DNA of 64,000 nt from Candidatus Burarchaeum sp. (lineage in GTDB: Archaea > Micrarchaeota > Micrarchaeia > Burarchaeales > Burarchaeaceae), in NCBI GenBank assembly GCA_030646255.1, contig JAUSNF010000021.1, positions 9,340-73,339 on the forward strand, written 5' to 3'. Position 1 is the first letter of the stretch; every line of letters starts with the position of its first letter. Made by a program: the position numbers and the translations under genes. Below are positions 7,328 to 18,817 of the stretch, in pieces. Below the pieces are notes generated by a model. It had not been told where the DNA came from and searched no databases. It worked only from the letters and a program-made list of their open reading frames with translations.

Positions 7328-8044
7328 CTATGCGCGCATTTCCCTGTGGCGCACAAACGCCGCACCGGCAATGAAAAGCAGCCCGAATGCCGGCAGGCAG
7401 CATACCGAGCCCCCGCCCTGGTCCTGCTCAATCTTCTGGAAAGCCTGCTTTAGCTCGTCCTTATTCTCCGCAGTATAATACTTGCCTCCGCCCGCAGCTG
7501 CAATCTGCTGGTGCTGCGCCTTGGCAGCCGGGTCATCGGCGAGCGAGTAGCTGATGACGTTTATCACTGCTATTCCCTCATCCGTAGTCTTCTGGGCCTC
7601 GAGCACCGGGTCCCCGCCGCAGTTCTCCTCGCCGTCAGTAAGCAGTATTATGGTACCCTTCCCGCCCATCTCGCTCTTCACGTACTCCCTTCCCTCTGCA
7701 ATCGCCTCTGCTATGGGCGTCCAGTCTCCGGTGCCTATGCCGTTTATAGAGCTTCTCAGCTCCTGCTTGTTCGAAGTGAGCTCCCTTATCACGCGTATGT
7801 CGCCTGTCTGCGGGTTCCCTCCGTCATCGCACGTGTGGAATTTCATGACGGCGAACTGGTCTCCCTGCGATGCATCTATGAAATCTATGGCCGCGGCCTT
7901 GGCCGCCTCCAGCTTCGTCTCCCCGCTGTCCAGGTAGTCGTCCATGCTGGTGCTGGCATCCATTATGACAAGGAAGGAGCCTGCCGATACTGTGGCTGCG
8001 AGAAGCAGCAAGAATAGTCCTGTTTTTGCAATATATCTTTTCAT
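7328..8044 (-). CDS. Secreted von Willebrand factor A domain protein with a C-terminal membrane anchor
   Basis: Signal peptide, MIDAS DASTSMDD, C-terminal LPAFGLLFIAGAAFVRHR PGF-CTERM-like tail. Confidence 0.7.
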   Translation of the reverse strand: MKRYIAKTGLFLLLLAATVSAGSFLVIMDASTSMDDYLDSGETKLEAAKAAAIDFIDASQGDQFAVMKFHTCDDGGNPQTGDIRVIRELTSNKQELRSSINGIGTGDWTPIAEAIAEGREYVKSEMGGKGTIILLTDGEENCGGDPVLEAQKTTDEGIAVINVISYSLADDPAAKAQHQQIAAAGGGKYYTAENKDELKQAFQKIEQDQGGGSVCCLPAFGLLFIAGAAFVRHREMRA

Positions 8045-8180
8045 ACAGTTGTAATTCTTGCTTCCTTTAAAAACCTAACTGCCACCGCCAACAATCGCGT
8101 GCAATTCTCGTGCCTGCCCGGGCAGTGATGCAAAACTATAAATAAGACTGCTTCCAACCCCTTTCCAGAGGTGTTTACCT

Positions 8181-8729
8181 ATGCCGCCAGTGAAGAAAAA
8201 ACCGATTCATTTCAAGCATCATGAAATTTACACAGGCCCGCGCTCCGGCACGGACATAGATTACTCTCACTACTATTCTAGCGCAGGCACGAATGTGCAC
8301 TTCCTTGTGGCTGTGTTCATAGGCGCGCTGGTCTATTCCGTAATTTCATTCATCGTGCACATGGCGGGCGCAATTGCCGACATGGGCTATTACTTCATGC
8401 CAGACTATTTCAGCGTGTGGAGCAAGCTCATGATGCCTGTTGCAGGCCCGCCGCCAATTGAGTTCACCTATGCCTCACTGCTCTTCGGCTTCATAGCCGG
8501 CTTGCTCTTCACCTACTGCTTCTATCTAGTAAGGAACTCAATGCCGGGCAAGGGCATTGCAAAGGGGCTGAACTACGGAATGTTCGTAATGCTCCTGGCA
8601 GGCCTGCCCTTCTACATGACAATGACTCTGCTCATCAACCTGCCGCAGGGCCTGATGCTCTCGTGGCTCGTGCAGACATTCATAATCTACGAGCTGTCGG
8701 GCATTGCAGTTGCAAAGCTGGTGCGCTGA
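8181..8729 (+). CDS. Hypothetical multi-pass membrane protein
   Basis: Four or five hydrophobic segments. Confidence 0.35.
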   Translation: MPPVKKKPIHFKHHEIYTGPRSGTDIDYSHYYSSAGTNVHFLVAVFIGALVYSVISFIVHMAGAIADMGYYFMPDYFSVWSKLMMPVAGPPPIEFTYASLLFGFIAGLLFTYCFYLVRNSMPGKGIAKGLNYGMFVMLLAGLPFYMTMTLLINLPQGLMLSWLVQTFIIYELSGIAVAKLVR

Positions 8730-9032
8730 GCTGGCGTACAGATGTGAACGCATGGACAAGCGCCTGATGGCAAAGCTCAAGTTTGCACTTCTTGTGCTAG
8801 CCGAGCTAGCGGGCCTTGTCTTTATCTTCCTCAGCAGGGAAAAAGTCAACCTCATGTTCATGTCGGACTATGGGTCTATTTTTGCAATGATCGTTTTTGC
8901 TACGTTCTGCACATCTTTTGAGCTGAGGCTCCTGGAAGAGATGAAGCAGGCCTAGCACCAGCGCTTTTTCAGGCGGCAGGCTCGGCATTAGATATAAATA
9001 CCCCCTCAGGCCAAAACTGGGCAGGCGATCGG

Positions 9033-12000
9033 TTGGTTTTCATAAAGGAATTGTCACTGCGGAACTTCAAATCATTCAAGAGCGTCGACATTAAGCTCAG
9101 CCCCGGCCTTATCTGCCTGGCAGGCCCGAATGGCTCTGGGAAGTCGAACGTTACTGACGCCGTGCGCTTTGCGCTGGGCGAGATGAGCCTGAAGCAGCTC
9201 AGGCCTGAGGGCAAGAAGGCGAGCGGCCTGATTAGGCGGGGCTCGAGCCATGCTGTCGTAGGCGTGGTTTTCGGCGGGGAAGCGGGACTGGAAATAAAGC
9301 GGGCCATACGTGAAGATGGCAAGATGGCCTACAGGCTTGATGGCAAGCGGGCTACGAGAACATCAGTAGTTGAGAGCCTGCGCAAGGTGGGCGCAGAGGT
9401 GGGCGAACACAACGTCATCGCGCAGGGCGAGGTTGACCGAGTAGTGAAGATGAATGCGAAAGAAAGGCGCGAAATTATCGACCGCGCTTCGGGAGTTTAC
9501 GAGTTTGAGGAGAAGAAAAAGGAGGCGCTTTCAGAACTCAACAAAGTAGAGAGCCGCATAAGCGAGGCCAACATTGCGATAGGTGAGCGCGAGGGCGTGC
9601 TCTCGGAGCTCGAGAAGCAGAAGGACGAGGCCCTGCGTTATGCGGAGCTGAGCAAGGAGCTCAAGCGCGCCAAAGGTACGCTCATACATGCGGAAATGAT
9701 TAGGCTTGAAAAAGAGTTTGAGGGCAGTGCCAAGAAGGCTGCAGATTTGCAGGCCAAGTTTGATGCATTGCAGCATGAGCTCGAGGGGCTTGAGGCTAAA
9801 TTGGAAGGGCTTGAGAGCGAGCGCTCCAAAATAGCGAGCATCATAAATGAGCAGGCAGGCAAGGAAGGCCTGCGCGAGGAGCTTGAAAGGCTGCGCACTG
9901 AGATTGAGAGCAACTCGCGGCTGAGGGTTGAGAAGGAAAGGCAGGTCGGCGAGCTGCGCAAGTCCATAGCTGCGCAGGATGTCGAGCTCAAATCATTCGA
10001 GACAAAAATGGTCAATGCTCTCAAGGAAGCAGGAGAGTCAGAGAAGCAGGCCAAGGCTTTGGCAGGCGAGATAGCTGCGGGTGAGAAGGAAAGGTCCCAC
10101 GTTTTGTCAGGCGCTGGAGGCAAGCGCGCAGCAGAGCTGCGCAAGCGCCACTCAGAGCTGCTCAGGCAGATGGAGGAGAAGAAGGGCGCCGCGCTCGAGT
10201 CTGAGTCTGCTGCTGTACGCGATTCTGAAATTGCAAAGCTCAAGGAAGAGGAGCTCGCGCTAATAGCCGGCGAGCTGGGCGAGGGAAATGGGCGGGCGGC
10301 TGAGCTTGAGTCGCAGCTCGGGGAGCTGAACGGAAAGCTTGCAATATTTGCAAAAGAGGAGGATGACATTTTCGAGCGCGAGAAGGAAATCAACAAGCGG
10401 CTGCCGGACTATGACCGCAGGATACTTGAGATTGGGAACAAACTGCCTGAAATGAGAATGGTGAGCGGCAAAAGGCCTGCAGTGGATGCAGTGATAAGCG
10501 CTTCAAAGGCAGGCCAGCTCGAGGGCATTGTAGGTACTGTTTCAGACTCCTGCACATTCGAAGAGAAATACGCGCTTGCGATTGAGGCGAGCGCAGGCCC
10601 AAGACTTCACTATATACTAACTGAAGATGCCGATGCAGCAATGGATGCTATTGAGCACCTGAAGAAGACTAAAGCGGGCAGGTGCTCGTTCATACCTCTC
10701 GACCGCAAGATTTCAAACCTGCCGCCCGAGGCCATGCAGTTCGAGAAGTCGCAGGGCGTGCTAGGTTTTCTCATCAACCTGGTTCAGTTCGACAAGAGGC
10801 ACCTGAACGCGCTCCACTATGTCTTCGGCGACACGTTGCTGGTAAAGGACTCGGAAACTGCAAAGCGGCTTACGGGCAAGGTGCGCACGGTCACGATGGA
10901 CGGCGAGCTCTTCGAAAGGTCAGGAATAATCACGGGCGGCCCCTTCGGTTCAGGCTCCTCGCTCAAGAGCAGGATCGAGCTCGAAAGGCTTGAAAAGCAG
11001 ATGGATGAGGTGCAGACGGCGAAGAAGGCCGCGCTCGCGGAGCTCTATTCCTCGCGTGATTCGCTGGGCCAGCGGAGAAGGGAAAAGTCAGGGCTTGAGG
11101 TCAAGGCGCGCGGGCTTGAGATTGAGCTCGAGGGCATGCGCGTGCAGGGCGAGAGGAAGAAGGGACTGGTGCAGAAGCGCTCACAGTTTGAAAATGACTT
11201 GCAGAATTTGAAGTCCGCCATCACAGAAAACCAGAAGACTGCGGGCGAGTTCCGGGAAGCGCTTTCGCGCATAGAGTCCGAGCTTGCATCAATCTCAAAA
11301 ATGCTTGATAGCCAGGAAGTGCCTGAGGAAAAGGCAGAGGAGCTCGCACTAATAGAGGGCAAGATAACTGAGCTGGGCGACAAGAGGCGCGGGCTCGACA
11401 ATCTGGCTTCATCCAAGAAGGCCGAAGTGAAGATGCTCGAGGAGAATATGGCGAAGGGCGAGGGTGAGCTCGAGGTTGCGAGAGCCTCGCTCAAGGAACT
11501 GCTTGGTGCAATCGAGCAGATGCGGAAGATTGTTGAGGCTGATGGCGGGCTTCTGAAGGAAAAGGAAGAAAAGATGAAGGAGGCGAGCTCCAAGATGGCC
11601 TCGCTCTACGAGCAGCAGACGAAGATGGGCGCCGAGGTTGAGAAATATTCTAAGGAAAAGGGCAAGGCGCAGTTCAACTTCACGCGGGTATCAAACGAGC
11701 TGGTCGAGATGAAGTCTACCAGGCAGATGCATGAGATGCGGCTGGGCGATTTGAAGGCCGAGTGGGCGGAGTACAAGGAAATCGAGACCATGCAGCTCTC
11801 GAAAGATGAGCTTGAGGACAGGATGAAACAGGTTGAAGGCGAGCTCAACGCCATGGGCATGGTCAACATGCTGGCGCCCGAGCAGTACGAGCAGAAGAGC
11901 GCTGAGCTGAAGGAGAAGAAGGAGATTATCGGGAAGCTTAGCGAGGAGAAGAAGGCCGTGCTGAGCATGATTGAGGAGATTGACAGCAGGAAAGCAGAAA

Positions 12001-12473
12001 TATTCCTGCAGACATTCAGGGCTGTGGATGAGAACTTCCGCAAGATATTTAATTACGCTTTGCCCGGCGAGGGCATGCTGCTGCTGGACAATCCTGACGA
12101 CATTTTCGACAGCGGGCTGCAGATAAAGGTAAGGGTGGACGGCAAGGACCACTACATAGAGGCCAAGTCTGGCGGTGAGCGATCACTTCTCGCACTCCTC
12201 TTTGTATTCGCCCTTCATTCTACAAGGCCCTCTTCATTCTACGTGCTGGACGAGGCGGATGCCGCGCTAGACAAGGAGAACAGCAAGAAGCTCGCGGACA
12301 TGCTCAAGCAGCTCTCGAAGAAGGCGCAGTTCATAGTAGTCACGCACAATGATACCGTGCTTTCTGCGGCAGACATCGCGCTCGGCGTGACAAGGCAGGA
12401 CGGGGTTTCAAAAATAGTCGGAATAGAGTTCAAGAAAATGGCGACAGCCTCGGCTTCAGCCCCGGCGGGCTGA
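9033..12473 (+). CDS. smc: SMC chromosome segregation ATPase
   Basis: Walker A GPNGSGKSN, long coiled coils, hinge, signature SGGERSL, Walker B LDEADAALD. Confidence 0.9.
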   Translation: MVFIKELSLRNFKSFKSVDIKLSPGLICLAGPNGSGKSNVTDAVRFALGEMSLKQLRPEGKKASGLIRRGSSHAVVGVVFGGEAGLEIKRAIREDGKMAYRLDGKRATRTSVVESLRKVGAEVGEHNVIAQGEVDRVVKMNAKERREIIDRASGVYEFEEKKKEALSELNKVESRISEANIAIGEREGVLSELEKQKDEALRYAELSKELKRAKGTLIHAEMIRLEKEFEGSAKKAADLQAKFDALQHELEGLEAKLEGLESERSKIASIINEQAGKEGLREELERLRTEIESNSRLRVEKERQVGELRKSIAAQDVELKSFETKMVNALKEAGESEKQAKALAGEIAAGEKERSHVLSGAGGKRAAELRKRHSELLRQMEEKKGAALESESAAVRDSEIAKLKEEELALIAGELGEGNGRAAELESQLGELNGKLAIFAKEEDDIFEREKEINKRLPDYDRRILEIGNKLPEMRMVSGKRPAVDAVISASKAGQLEGIVGTVSDSCTFEEKYALAIEASAGPRLHYILTEDADAAMDAIEHLKKTKAGRCSFIPLDRKISNLPPEAMQFEKSQGVLGFLINLVQFDKRHLNALHYVFGDTLLVKDSETAKRLTGKVRTVTMDGELFERSGIITGGPFGSGSSLKSRIELERLEKQMDEVQTAKKAALAELYSSRDSLGQRRREKSGLEVKARGLEIELEGMRVQGERKKGLVQKRSQFENDLQNLKSAITENQKTAGEFREALSRIESELASISKMLDSQEVPEEKAEELALIEGKITELGDKRRGLDNLASSKKAEVKMLEENMAKGEGELEVARASLKELLGAIEQMRKIVEADGGLLKEKEEKMKEASSKMASLYEQQTKMGAEVEKYSKEKGKAQFNFTRVSNELVEMKSTRQMHEMRLGDLKAEWAEYKEIETMQLSKDELEDRMKQVEGELNAMGMVNMLAPEQYEQKSAELKEKKEIIGKLSEEKKAVLSMIEEIDSRKAEIFLQTFRAVDENFRKIFNYALPGEGMLLLDNPDDIFDSGLQIKVRVDGKDHYIEAKSGGERSLLALLFVFALHSTRPSSFYVLDEADAALDKENSKKLADMLKQLSKKAQFIVVTHNDTVLSAADIALGVTRQDGVSKIVGIEFKKMATASASAPAG

Positions 12474-12475
12474 CG

Positions 12476-13516
12476 ATGATATATATGTACAAGAAAAGAC
12501 TGCAGAACTTTTTCACCAATTCAAAAGCAGACGCGCTCATCCTGCACAACGGCGATTCCGAGGGCTATTTTGACATCAACTACCGCTACTTCATGGGCCT
12601 TGAGTTCGACAACTCCATCCTGCTTGCGCGCCGCACTGGAAGCGCGATGCTGCTCTGCACCTCGCTGAACTATGATTATGCGCGCGAGAAGGCGCGCGTG
12701 CCAGTGGAAAAGATTGAGCGCAAGCTGCTGCCGCAGCAGCTCAAGAAATTCATGGCCAGCTGCAAGAGCATAGGCATAAACAAGCGCTCGCTGCGCCTCT
12801 CAACTTTTGAGGTTTTGAGAAAGGCAGGCAAGGGCAAAAAGTTTATGGATGTGAGCGAGGAGCTGGGCATGAATAGGGCTATGAAGGATGGCGAGGAGCT
12901 CGCGATAATGAAAAAGTGCATTACAAAAACGCGCGGCATTCTCGAATCCGTTGAAGTGCGCGCAGGCATGAAGGAAGAGGACATCCTGAAGAATTTGCGG
13001 GTGCAGGCGCTCGAGGCAGGCGCCGACATTTCCTTCCCGCCCATTGTGCTGAGCGGCCCGAAGGCCAGCATACCCCACGGCGTGACCGGTGGAAGAAGAA
13101 TAGGGGCCAATGAAGCTGTGCTTATAGACTTCGGACTGAAAATGAACGGCTACTGCTCAGACCTGACCAGGTGCTATTTCACGGGCGCGTGCAAGCAGGA
13201 GCGCTCTATTTATGAGAAACTACAGAATGTGCAGGAATCGCTGGCAGACTATGGCCACGCAGGCACGCGCATCTCTGAGTTTGTGAAAAAGTCCGACGCG
13301 CTCATTAGGCAGGCCGGCCTGCCCAAGCTGCCCCACTCAATCGGCCATGGTTTGGGCCTGTATGTGCATGAAGCTCCCTCGCTGTGCGCAGACTCCAAGA
13401 AGAAATTTGAGGCAGGCATGACATTGGCCATAGAGCCCAGCTACTACGGCAAGAAATTCGGCTTGCGCTACGAGAATGATTTTGTGGTAGGCGGAAAGAA
13501 ACTGCGGATGCTCTAG
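12476..13516 (+). CDS. M24-family Xaa-Pro peptidase
   Basis: PHSIGHGLGLYVHEAPS metal-binding motif. Confidence 0.8.
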   Translation: MIYMYKKRLQNFFTNSKADALILHNGDSEGYFDINYRYFMGLEFDNSILLARRTGSAMLLCTSLNYDYAREKARVPVEKIERKLLPQQLKKFMASCKSIGINKRSLRLSTFEVLRKAGKGKKFMDVSEELGMNRAMKDGEELAIMKKCITKTRGILESVEVRAGMKEEDILKNLRVQALEAGADISFPPIVLSGPKASIPHGVTGGRRIGANEAVLIDFGLKMNGYCSDLTRCYFTGACKQERSIYEKLQNVQESLADYGHAGTRISEFVKKSDALIRQAGLPKLPHSIGHGLGLYVHEAPSLCADSKKKFEAGMTLAIEPSYYGKKFGLRYENDFVVGGKKLRML

Positions 13517-13527
13517 CTGCAATCACT

Positions 13528-15714
13528 CTAGTCCAGGAAAGCTTCCGGCCTCGGAGGCTCCTTGGGCTCGCCCTTGCGCTCGCGCACCTGGTAGACAATC
13601 TTCTGCTGCAGCTCCTTGTTCAAAGGCTCGAAGCCTGCGTACTCAGTGTACCAGATTGCGCGGCCCTGCGTGGCGCCGCGGATGCTGTTCGAGAAGCCGA
13701 ACATTTCTGCAACAGGCACCTTGGCATTTACAGTCACAATCTCGCCTTCCTGCTCGATGTTCAGAACCTGCCCGCGCCTTCCCTGTATCTGGCTGATAAT
13801 CGCGCTCATGTAATCCTGCGGCGCCTGCACGAGCAGCTTCTGCTTGGGCTCGAGCAGCTGCACGCCTGCCAAAAGCATGGCAGCATAAATCGGGTTGCGC
13901 ACTGCCGGAATTACCTGCGCAGGCCCCCTGTGAACCGGGTCCTCGTGGATTTTCGCATCAACAACATAGACCATCATGCCCGTAACCTTCTCCTTTGCCA
14001 AGGGGCCTTTCATGCACGCTTCCTCAAATGCCTGTATGACGAGCTCCATAATCTCGTTTATGTACTGCACTCCCTTTGTCGCATCTATCAGTATGTTTGC
14101 GTTGAAAACGTCCGCAATGTTGCGCGCGTCCTCGCGCTCCATGCCAGCTGTGATGAACGGCTCCCAGAAGCCCTTGCCCTTCGGCTTCTTGTTCGGTATC
14201 GTCCCATCAGTAATTGCCTGCAGAAGCGTAGCGGGCATCGGCTCAACAGTCACCTTAATCTTGGTGTGCTTGTTGGGCGACTTGCCCTCAACAGGCCCTG
14301 CCGAGCCTATAATAGTCTCACGGTAAACGACAATCGGGGGCGAGGTCTCGATGGCCACGCCTTTCTCCTTCGTAATCTTGTACTCGATAATCTCAAGGTG
14401 CAGCTCGCCCATGCCAGAGAGCAGGTGCTCGCCGGTCTCCTGGTTGATTTCAACCCTGAGCGTCGGGTCTTCCTTCGCAAGCTGCCTCAGAATCTCAATG
14501 AGCTTCACAAGGTCCGAGGTATTCTTGGCCTCGATAGACTTGGTCACGACAGGCTCGGAATAATGCTTAATTTGCTCGAAAGGATCCATATCTCCCTCGC
14601 TTATGGTCTCGCCCACATACAAATCGTGCAGGCCTATAATCGCCACAATGTTGCCAGCAGGCACCTTTTCTACAAGCACGCGGTCAATGCCCATGTAAAC
14701 GCCAACCTGCTGCACCTTCTCGCTCACGTGCTTGGAGGCGAGCGTCAGCTCCGTTCCCTTTGTAACCGTGCCCGAGAATATGCGCGCAATGCCGACCTCG
14801 CCGGCATGCTCGTCAATAGTGACTCCGAAAATCACACCGCACACCTTGCCCTTTGCGTCAGCCGAGGTCATGCCCTTGCCGTACTCGCTCTGCAAATCTC
14901 CTTTCCAAAGAACTGGAATGCGGTACTTCTGCGCAGTCATCGGGTTGGGAAGGTGCGTAATCGCCATCTCGAGAATAACCTCGTCAATGGGCCCCTTTAC
15001 CATCAGCGTCTTGTGGTCCTGCTTCGAGCAGTAGTCGTAGATGGTCTTGAAGTTCAGCCCGCTGCGCTTCATGTGCGGCACGCTCACGGCCCACTTGTTG
15101 TATGCAGAGCCGAATGTCACATTGCCCTTCTCGGGCGAGATGAGCCACTCCTCCTTGTACTCGCCCGCATAATTCGTGATGAGCTTGTTCACGCCCGCAA
15201 TGATTTTCATGAGCTTTTCCTGCATTGCTTCGGGCGTGAGCTTAAGCTCGTTGATGAGCCTGTCAATCTTGTTGATGAAAAGAGTTGGCTTGGACTTTTC
15301 CTTGAGCGCCTGCCTCACCACCGTCTCGGTCTGCGGCATGATGCCCTCAACTGCGTCCACGACGAGAATTATGCCGTCGACAGCCCTCATCGCCCTCGTC
15401 ACGTGGCCTCCGAAGTCCACGTGCCCGGGCGTATCAATTAAATTAATCAAGTGCGGCTTGCCCTGGTAGTTGAAGCCCAGGGAAATGTTTGCCGCCTTAA
15501 TCGTGATGCCGCGCGCCTGCTCCTGCTCATCATAGTCAAGCACGCGCTGCTCGCCCGCAAGCTCCTTTGAGATGAGCCCTGCGCGGGCAACAAGAGAATC
15601 AGACATCGTGGTCTTGCCATGGTCGACGTGCGCCACAATCGCCATGTTGCGCACCTGCTCGAGGTTGCCCATGATGGACTGCACTTCATCGACAACATAT
15701 TCTTTTCGAACCAT
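13528..15714 (-). CDS. fusA: Elongation factor 2 (aEF-2)
   Basis: AHVDHGKTT G-domain, 728 aa, downstream of S7. Confidence 0.95.
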   Translation of the reverse strand: MVRKEYVVDEVQSIMGNLEQVRNMAIVAHVDHGKTTMSDSLVARAGLISKELAGEQRVLDYDEQEQARGITIKAANISLGFNYQGKPHLINLIDTPGHVDFGGHVTRAMRAVDGIILVVDAVEGIMPQTETVVRQALKEKSKPTLFINKIDRLINELKLTPEAMQEKLMKIIAGVNKLITNYAGEYKEEWLISPEKGNVTFGSAYNKWAVSVPHMKRSGLNFKTIYDYCSKQDHKTLMVKGPIDEVILEMAITHLPNPMTAQKYRIPVLWKGDLQSEYGKGMTSADAKGKVCGVIFGVTIDEHAGEVGIARIFSGTVTKGTELTLASKHVSEKVQQVGVYMGIDRVLVEKVPAGNIVAIIGLHDLYVGETISEGDMDPFEQIKHYSEPVVTKSIEAKNTSDLVKLIEILRQLAKEDPTLRVEINQETGEHLLSGMGELHLEIIEYKITKEKGVAIETSPPIVVYRETIIGSAGPVEGKSPNKHTKIKVTVEPMPATLLQAITDGTIPNKKPKGKGFWEPFITAGMEREDARNIADVFNANILIDATKGVQYINEIMELVIQAFEEACMKGPLAKEKVTGMMVYVVDAKIHEDPVHRGPAQVIPAVRNPIYAAMLLAGVQLLEPKQKLLVQAPQDYMSAIISQIQGRRGQVLNIEQEGEIVTVNAKVPVAEMFGFSNSIRGATQGRAIWYTEYAGFEPLNKELQQKIVYQVRERKGEPKEPPRPEAFLD

Positions 15715-15782
15715 TTCAAAACACCCGTATTGTAATGCCTATGCGATTGCATCCGTTCCCGCATCCTGCAATTCGCCTAACC

Positions 15783-16400
15783 CTACCTCGTGCTTCTGGC
15801 CATGCGCTCGGTCTCATCGCGCTTCTTTATGGCATAGCTGTTGAGGCTGTTCTGCGAAGCGAGTATCATTTCATCTGCGAGCGCCTGCGCCATCGTCTTT
15901 GGGTGGTTGAAAGAGCCCATGATTGCTGAGAGTGCAATGTTGCGCAGCGCCATGTCAAGCCTTCTCTGGGGCGAAACGTCGACTGCGACCTGGTATGAAA
16001 TGCCACCGTACTGCACGCGCGTAGTGTCCTCTCGCGGAGCCGTGTTCTTGAGCGCGCTCACGAGCACCTGCACCGGATTCTGGCTGGTCCTCTTGGCTAC
16101 GTCGGCAAAAGATTCCTCGACAATCTTCATGGCCTTGCTCTTCTTGCCCTGCAGCTTCCCGTGCGTGCGAATGACCTTGCCGCTCGTCTTCTCGCCCGTG
16201 CCTCCCCTCATAAGCTTGTTGACAAGCCGCTCGACAATGTTCACGCCGAGCTTGCCGAACTGCTTCTGCGCCTGCCTGCCGTGCGAGTGGGGCAGCGAGA
16301 TGGGTGAGAGGTTGATGTAAGGCCCGAGGCTCGGGTCGTCCACCTTCACTTCGCTCAAATCATATTTGTTGAAAAGCAACATGTCTGCCATTTTATTCAC
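15783..16400 (-). CDS. rps7: Ribosomal protein S7
   Basis: Sequence and its position in the S12-S7-EF2 cluster. Confidence 0.85.
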   Translation of the reverse strand: MNKMADMLLFNKYDLSEVKVDDPSLGPYINLSPISLPHSHGRQAQKQFGKLGVNIVERLVNKLMRGGTGEKTSGKVIRTHGKLQGKKSKAMKIVEESFADVAKRTSQNPVQVLVSALKNTAPREDTTRVQYGGISYQVAVDVSPQRRLDMALRNIALSAIMGSFNHPKTMAQALADEMILASQNSLNSYAIKKRDETERMARSTR

Positions 16401-16415
16401 CCTCTATTGTCCAAT

Positions 16416-16844
16416 CTATCTCTTCGGCTTCTCCTTCTTGCCCAGCCTGAGCTGGTCCAGATCAACGCCATTGACCGCAACTACCTTGTAGCGCACGCCG
16501 GGAATCGAGCCCATCTGCCCGCGCTGCGAGCCGCCCAGCCCCGCCACCAGCACCTCGTCGTGCTCATCAATGAAATTGATGGCCTTGTTGCGCGGTGCGA
16601 ATGCCGTGATTATCCTTCCGTTCTTCGAGAGCTGTACCTTCACGCACTTGATGAGGCCTGAGTGAGGCTGCTTCTGCTCCAAAGCCCTCTTCTCAAGAAC
16701 AATGCCGCGCGCCTGCGGTGCGCCTTCGAGCATGTCGTATTTTTCCTTGAGCCTGAGCTTGCGCCTCTTCCACGGCTTCTTCAGCCAGCGCTGTCGCTTC
16801 CTCTTCCTTTCCAGGTCCCTTGCTCCAAATTCACCACGGCCCAT
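16416..16844 (-). CDS. rps12: Ribosomal protein S12
   Basis: Sequence similarity; conserved cluster. Confidence 0.9.
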   Translation of the reverse strand: MGRGEFGARDLERKRKRQRWLKKPWKRRKLRLKEKYDMLEGAPQARGIVLEKRALEQKQPHSGLIKCVKVQLSKNGRIITAFAPRNKAINFIDEHDEVLVAGLGGSQRGQMGSIPGVRYKVVAVNGVDLDQLRLGKKEKPKR

Positions 16845-16876
16845 ATACGCACCTTTCCAAACAATATCACTGCTTC

Positions 16877-17305
16877 TCAGTCCTTCGTGACAAGACGAAG
16901 ATCAGCACCGAAGCGGCGTTGCAAAAGCGCCTTGTGCATCTTTATCCGCTCGCCGCCCTTCCCTATTGCCGCGCCCCTGTCGCGCGCATCGACTGTAACA
17001 ACAGCAGTCCGCGCATTATCTTTCTCTTGAATGTTTAAATTACTTATGGGAATGGGCTTGAGCAGGTTCACTACGAAATCCCGCAAATCCTCGGCATTCT
17101 CGACCACGTATATCGGCTTGCTTCCGAAGGCCTTGCGCGCGCGCTCAAGCGCGCTGCCGCCCTTGCCGATGGCCCTTCCCATCTCGCCCTCCTTTATCAC
17201 AAAGGCAATTCCATCATCGCCTATGAGGCAGTCCTTCACTATCGCACCCGTCATGCTCTCAAAGAGCGCGATGCACTTCATATCGTCATTGCTGAGCGTG
17301 ATCAT
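16877..17305 (-). CDS. nusA: Archaeal NusA homologue (2x KH)
   Basis: Two GxxG KH motifs (IGKGGS, IGKGGE), 142 aa, in the conserved position. Confidence 0.8.
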   Translation of the reverse strand: MITLSNDDMKCIALFESMTGAIVKDCLIGDDGIAFVIKEGEMGRAIGKGGSALERARKAFGSKPIYVVENAEDLRDFVVNLLKPIPISNLNIQEKDNARTAVVTVDARDRGAAIGKGGERIKMHKALLQRRFGADLRLVTKD

Positions 17306-17317
17306 TATGAACAGCCT

Positions 17318-17713
17318 CTAATCCTGCACCTGCGTTTCTGCCTCTGGCTCCTGTGCAGACTCTGCGCCCGCCTTCTCAGCACTTGCAGTTACATTCTTTT
17401 CGGCGCCCGCCTCAGCCGCCGTTGCCCTTCCCATCTCAAGTATGTTGGAAGTGCCTGCATCAAGCACTGCGAGCACGCTCACCGGGAATGGTTTTCCGCA
17501 CACGGCGCCCAGCTCCATCGACGTGCCCTTGTATGCCTGGATCGGCACGCCCGCCTTGGCGCACTGCGCCTCAAGCGTCTTCCTTGAATCTGCGGGGCAG
17601 TTGGAAGAAACCAGCACCATCTTGGCCTTGCCCGCTGCCCTTGCGCAGCTGCGCGTGCCGAACTCGACCTTCCCGCTTTCAACAGCAGTTCTCAATACCT
17701 TGTCAATATCCAT
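17318..17713 (-). CDS. rpl30e: Ribosomal protein L30e with a ~35-aa Ala/Glu-rich C-terminal tail
   Basis: L30e core similarity; extension AAEAGAEKNVTASAEKAGAESAQEPEAETQVQD. Confidence 0.8.
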   Translation of the reverse strand: MDIDKVLRTAVESGKVEFGTRSCARAAGKAKMVLVSSNCPADSRKTLEAQCAKAGVPIQAYKGTSMELGAVCGKPFPVSVLAVLDAGTSNILEMGRATAAEAGAEKNVTASAEKAGAESAQEPEAETQVQD

Positions 17714-17750
17714 TTACATCCTCTCCAAATAGTAATTCACAATCATGAAC

Positions 17751-18800
<1,050 letters not shown>

Positions 18801-18817
18801 TTAACCCCATGCTCCTC

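Noticed and set aside
9638-10396. 252-aa Ser-rich minus-strand ORF inside smc, and other internal antisense ORFs of SMC.
   Set aside because: Lies inside a confidently identified SMC gene and has junk composition.
13930-15441. 503-aa plus-strand ORF antisense to EF-2. Similar long antisense ORFs lie opposite rpoA', rpoB' and rpoB'' (e.g. 21237-22664, 17934-18890, 22830-23657).
   Set aside because: High-GC shadow ORFs with Arg/Leu/His-rich low-complexity translations. The opposite strand encodes unmistakable conserved proteins.
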